Source: Sulfolobales archaeon
GTDB lineage: Archaea > Thermoproteota > Thermoprotei_A > Sulfolobales > AG1
Length of the DNA stretch: 50,912 nt
Direction: 5' to 3'
NCBI GenBank assembly: GCA_038867615.1
Contig: JAWBYA010000008.1
Location: 1-50,912 of the forward strand
The notes beneath the pieces are model-generated. The model did not search any database, was not told where the DNA came from, and saw nothing but the letters and a program-made list of their open reading frames with translations. Each line of letters begins with the position of its first letter. Position 1 is the first letter of the stretch. A program made the position numbers and the translations under genes. Below, piece by piece: positions 49,622 through 50,912 of this stretch.

Positions 49622-49981
49622 TTGAGCGAAGAAGAGGTTAAATACACTTCTGAGGTATTCTATATAAGGTTCAGCGATGGCTCGAAGGCCTACCTAACAT
49701 ATAAAGTGGATCAAAATAAGATGTTTCTTATATCAACATACACACCACCACAGCATAGGGGTAAGGGTGCTGCTAGAAAGCTTGTTGAGAAGGCTGTAGA
49801 AGTTGCTAGAGATAGGGGGTTAAAGATAGTGCCCATATGCTCCTATGCGACGTATTATTTCGTCAAGAACAAGGAAGCCAGAGGATTGCTTGACGAGCCA
49901 TATAGAAGTATGAGCGATGAGGAGCTACAAAAGTACTATGAAGAAAGGCTTGCTGAGGAAAGGGCTAAGGGTGCCCAGTAG
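49622..49981 (+). CDS. GNAT N-acetyltransferase (YjdJ-like)
   Basis: TYTPPQHRGKGAA, KIVPICSYA. Confidence 0.85.
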   Translation: MSEEEVKYTSEVFYIRFSDGSKAYLTYKVDQNKMFLISTYTPPQHRGKGAARKLVEKAVEVARDRGLKIVPICSYATYYFVKNKEARGLLDEPYRSMSDEELQKYYEERLAEERAKGAQ

Positions 49982-50008
49982 AGGGTTCTCTTATCTTCGC
50001 GTATCTAT

Positions 50009-50647
50009 CTACCATGTCTTTTTGAAGGGACATAGTACAGCGTAGTCACAGTACTTACACTCCCACTGGTATCTAGGATAGGTTTTGGACATTATCCTTG
50101 ATATAACCTCCTCCTCCGTTGCTTTTTGATCTATAGAGTATTGTGTTATCCTCTCATGGGTGATATACACTAGATATGTTAGGTTAAGATTGAAAAGCCA
50201 GTTATAGAGACGCACCTGGTCTATATGGTGCTCCAGCGGGATCTTAGTATCGCTCCGGGCACTCTTTATCTCAACCCCAAACCTGGCCCCCCCGATCTCT
50301 ATGATGACATCACTCCTACCCCTCACCTCGACATCCCCTTTTTCAGGTACTGAAAGCCTTCTCGAGCCTTCTACTTCCGTCAATACGACAGCGTTGCTAA
50401 GCTCCCTCCTAAAGATCTCCTCGATCCCTATATGTATTAGATCACCCATTATAGCGCTTGGGGAGAAAAGAGAGCTCAGAGAGATCTCCGGGTAGATCTC
50501 CTCGTACTCTCTTTTAAGCGGGCATCTAACAAGATCCGTGATCCAATAGATATGAGGCTCCCTCTTCCTCTCTTCACGCATATCCCTCCTCACTCTATAT
50601 AATATAGATACCACATCGAATCCAGAACTCAAAAGCCTCCCCACCAC
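50009..50647 (-). CDS. cas4: Stand-alone Cas4-family (RecB-like, Fe-S) nuclease
   Basis: TDLVRCP, GDLIH, GRSD, EIKS, QVRLY, C-terminal CKYCDYAVLC; no cas1 or array in window. Confidence 0.85.
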   Translation of the reverse strand: MVGRLLSSGFDVVSILYRVRRDMREERKREPHIYWITDLVRCPLKREYEEIYPEISLSSLFSPSAIMGDLIHIGIEEIFRRELSNAVVLTEVEGSRRLSVPEKGDVEVRGRSDVIIEIGGARFGVEIKSARSDTKIPLEHHIDQVRLYNWLFNLNLTYLVYITHERITQYSIDQKATEEEVISRIMSKTYPRYQWECKYCDYAVLCPFKKTW

Positions 50648-50879
50648 TTCTATGCTAGCCCTATCTATTAATAAAGTATTAATAAAGAACCACTATCGAA
50701 TCACAGCGTAAAAAGATCTCTAGATTGTAGAATCCTACTAAGGAGCAGGCCTATTACAAAGCCTATGTAAGATACCGTAGTTAACTGTTTCGTGTTTCAT
50801 GAAAGTTCATAGTGAGTTTTGCTGTATGGATACGGGGGTTTCCCACATCATTGATCAGAGCATGCTATGAAGGAGAGCT

Positions 50880-50912
50880 GTGGCTCGGGATCACCCCGAA
50901 TGGGTAGAGGCC
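50880..50912 (+). CDS. Possible 5' end of a gene running off the window
   Basis: AGGAG SD then GTG GCT CGG GAT CAC CCC GAA TGG GTA GAG GCC. Confidence 0.3.
   Translation, partial: MARDHPEWVEA

Noticed and set aside
48160-50912. CRISPR array near cas4
   Set aside because: No regularly spaced 24-40 nt repeats seen here or elsewhere in the window

Overview
Chromosomal window from a thermophilic crenarchaeon (Thermoproteota, probably Desulfurococcales-like). The assignment rests on rpl21e-rpo4-DUF655-rsmA, a long S6e, aIF-1A, a geranylgeranyl reductase, RIO1 and archaeal TATA/GGTG Shine-Dalgarno (SD) signals. Bases 1-4070 are one end of an element integrated at the 3' end of tRNA-Gly(UCC). It carries an intact HTH-fused tyrosine integrase, a GATC-rich inverted-repeat cluster, an MCM N-terminal-domain protein with no ATPase domain, and an origin-like hairpin/repeat region. 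The rest is mostly housekeeping: leuABCD, thyX-radical SAM-RFAP synthase, an orphan two-gene N6-adenine methyltransferase, oppABC, wtpABC, lysC-asd, redox proteins, a solo Cas4, and tRNA-Glu and tRNA-Leu. Most notable: (i) four conserved genes have no ATG/GTG/TTG upstream of conserved N-terminal sequence and show ATT, ATA or even TAG at the SD-defined start; (ii) GATC/RGATCY is about 4-5-fold over-represented in hand-counted samples; (iii) a tandem Hfq-like protein; (iv) an unassigned GC-rich structured RNA candidate with its own TATA box. All protein calls come from motif recognition by eye; no database searches were run.
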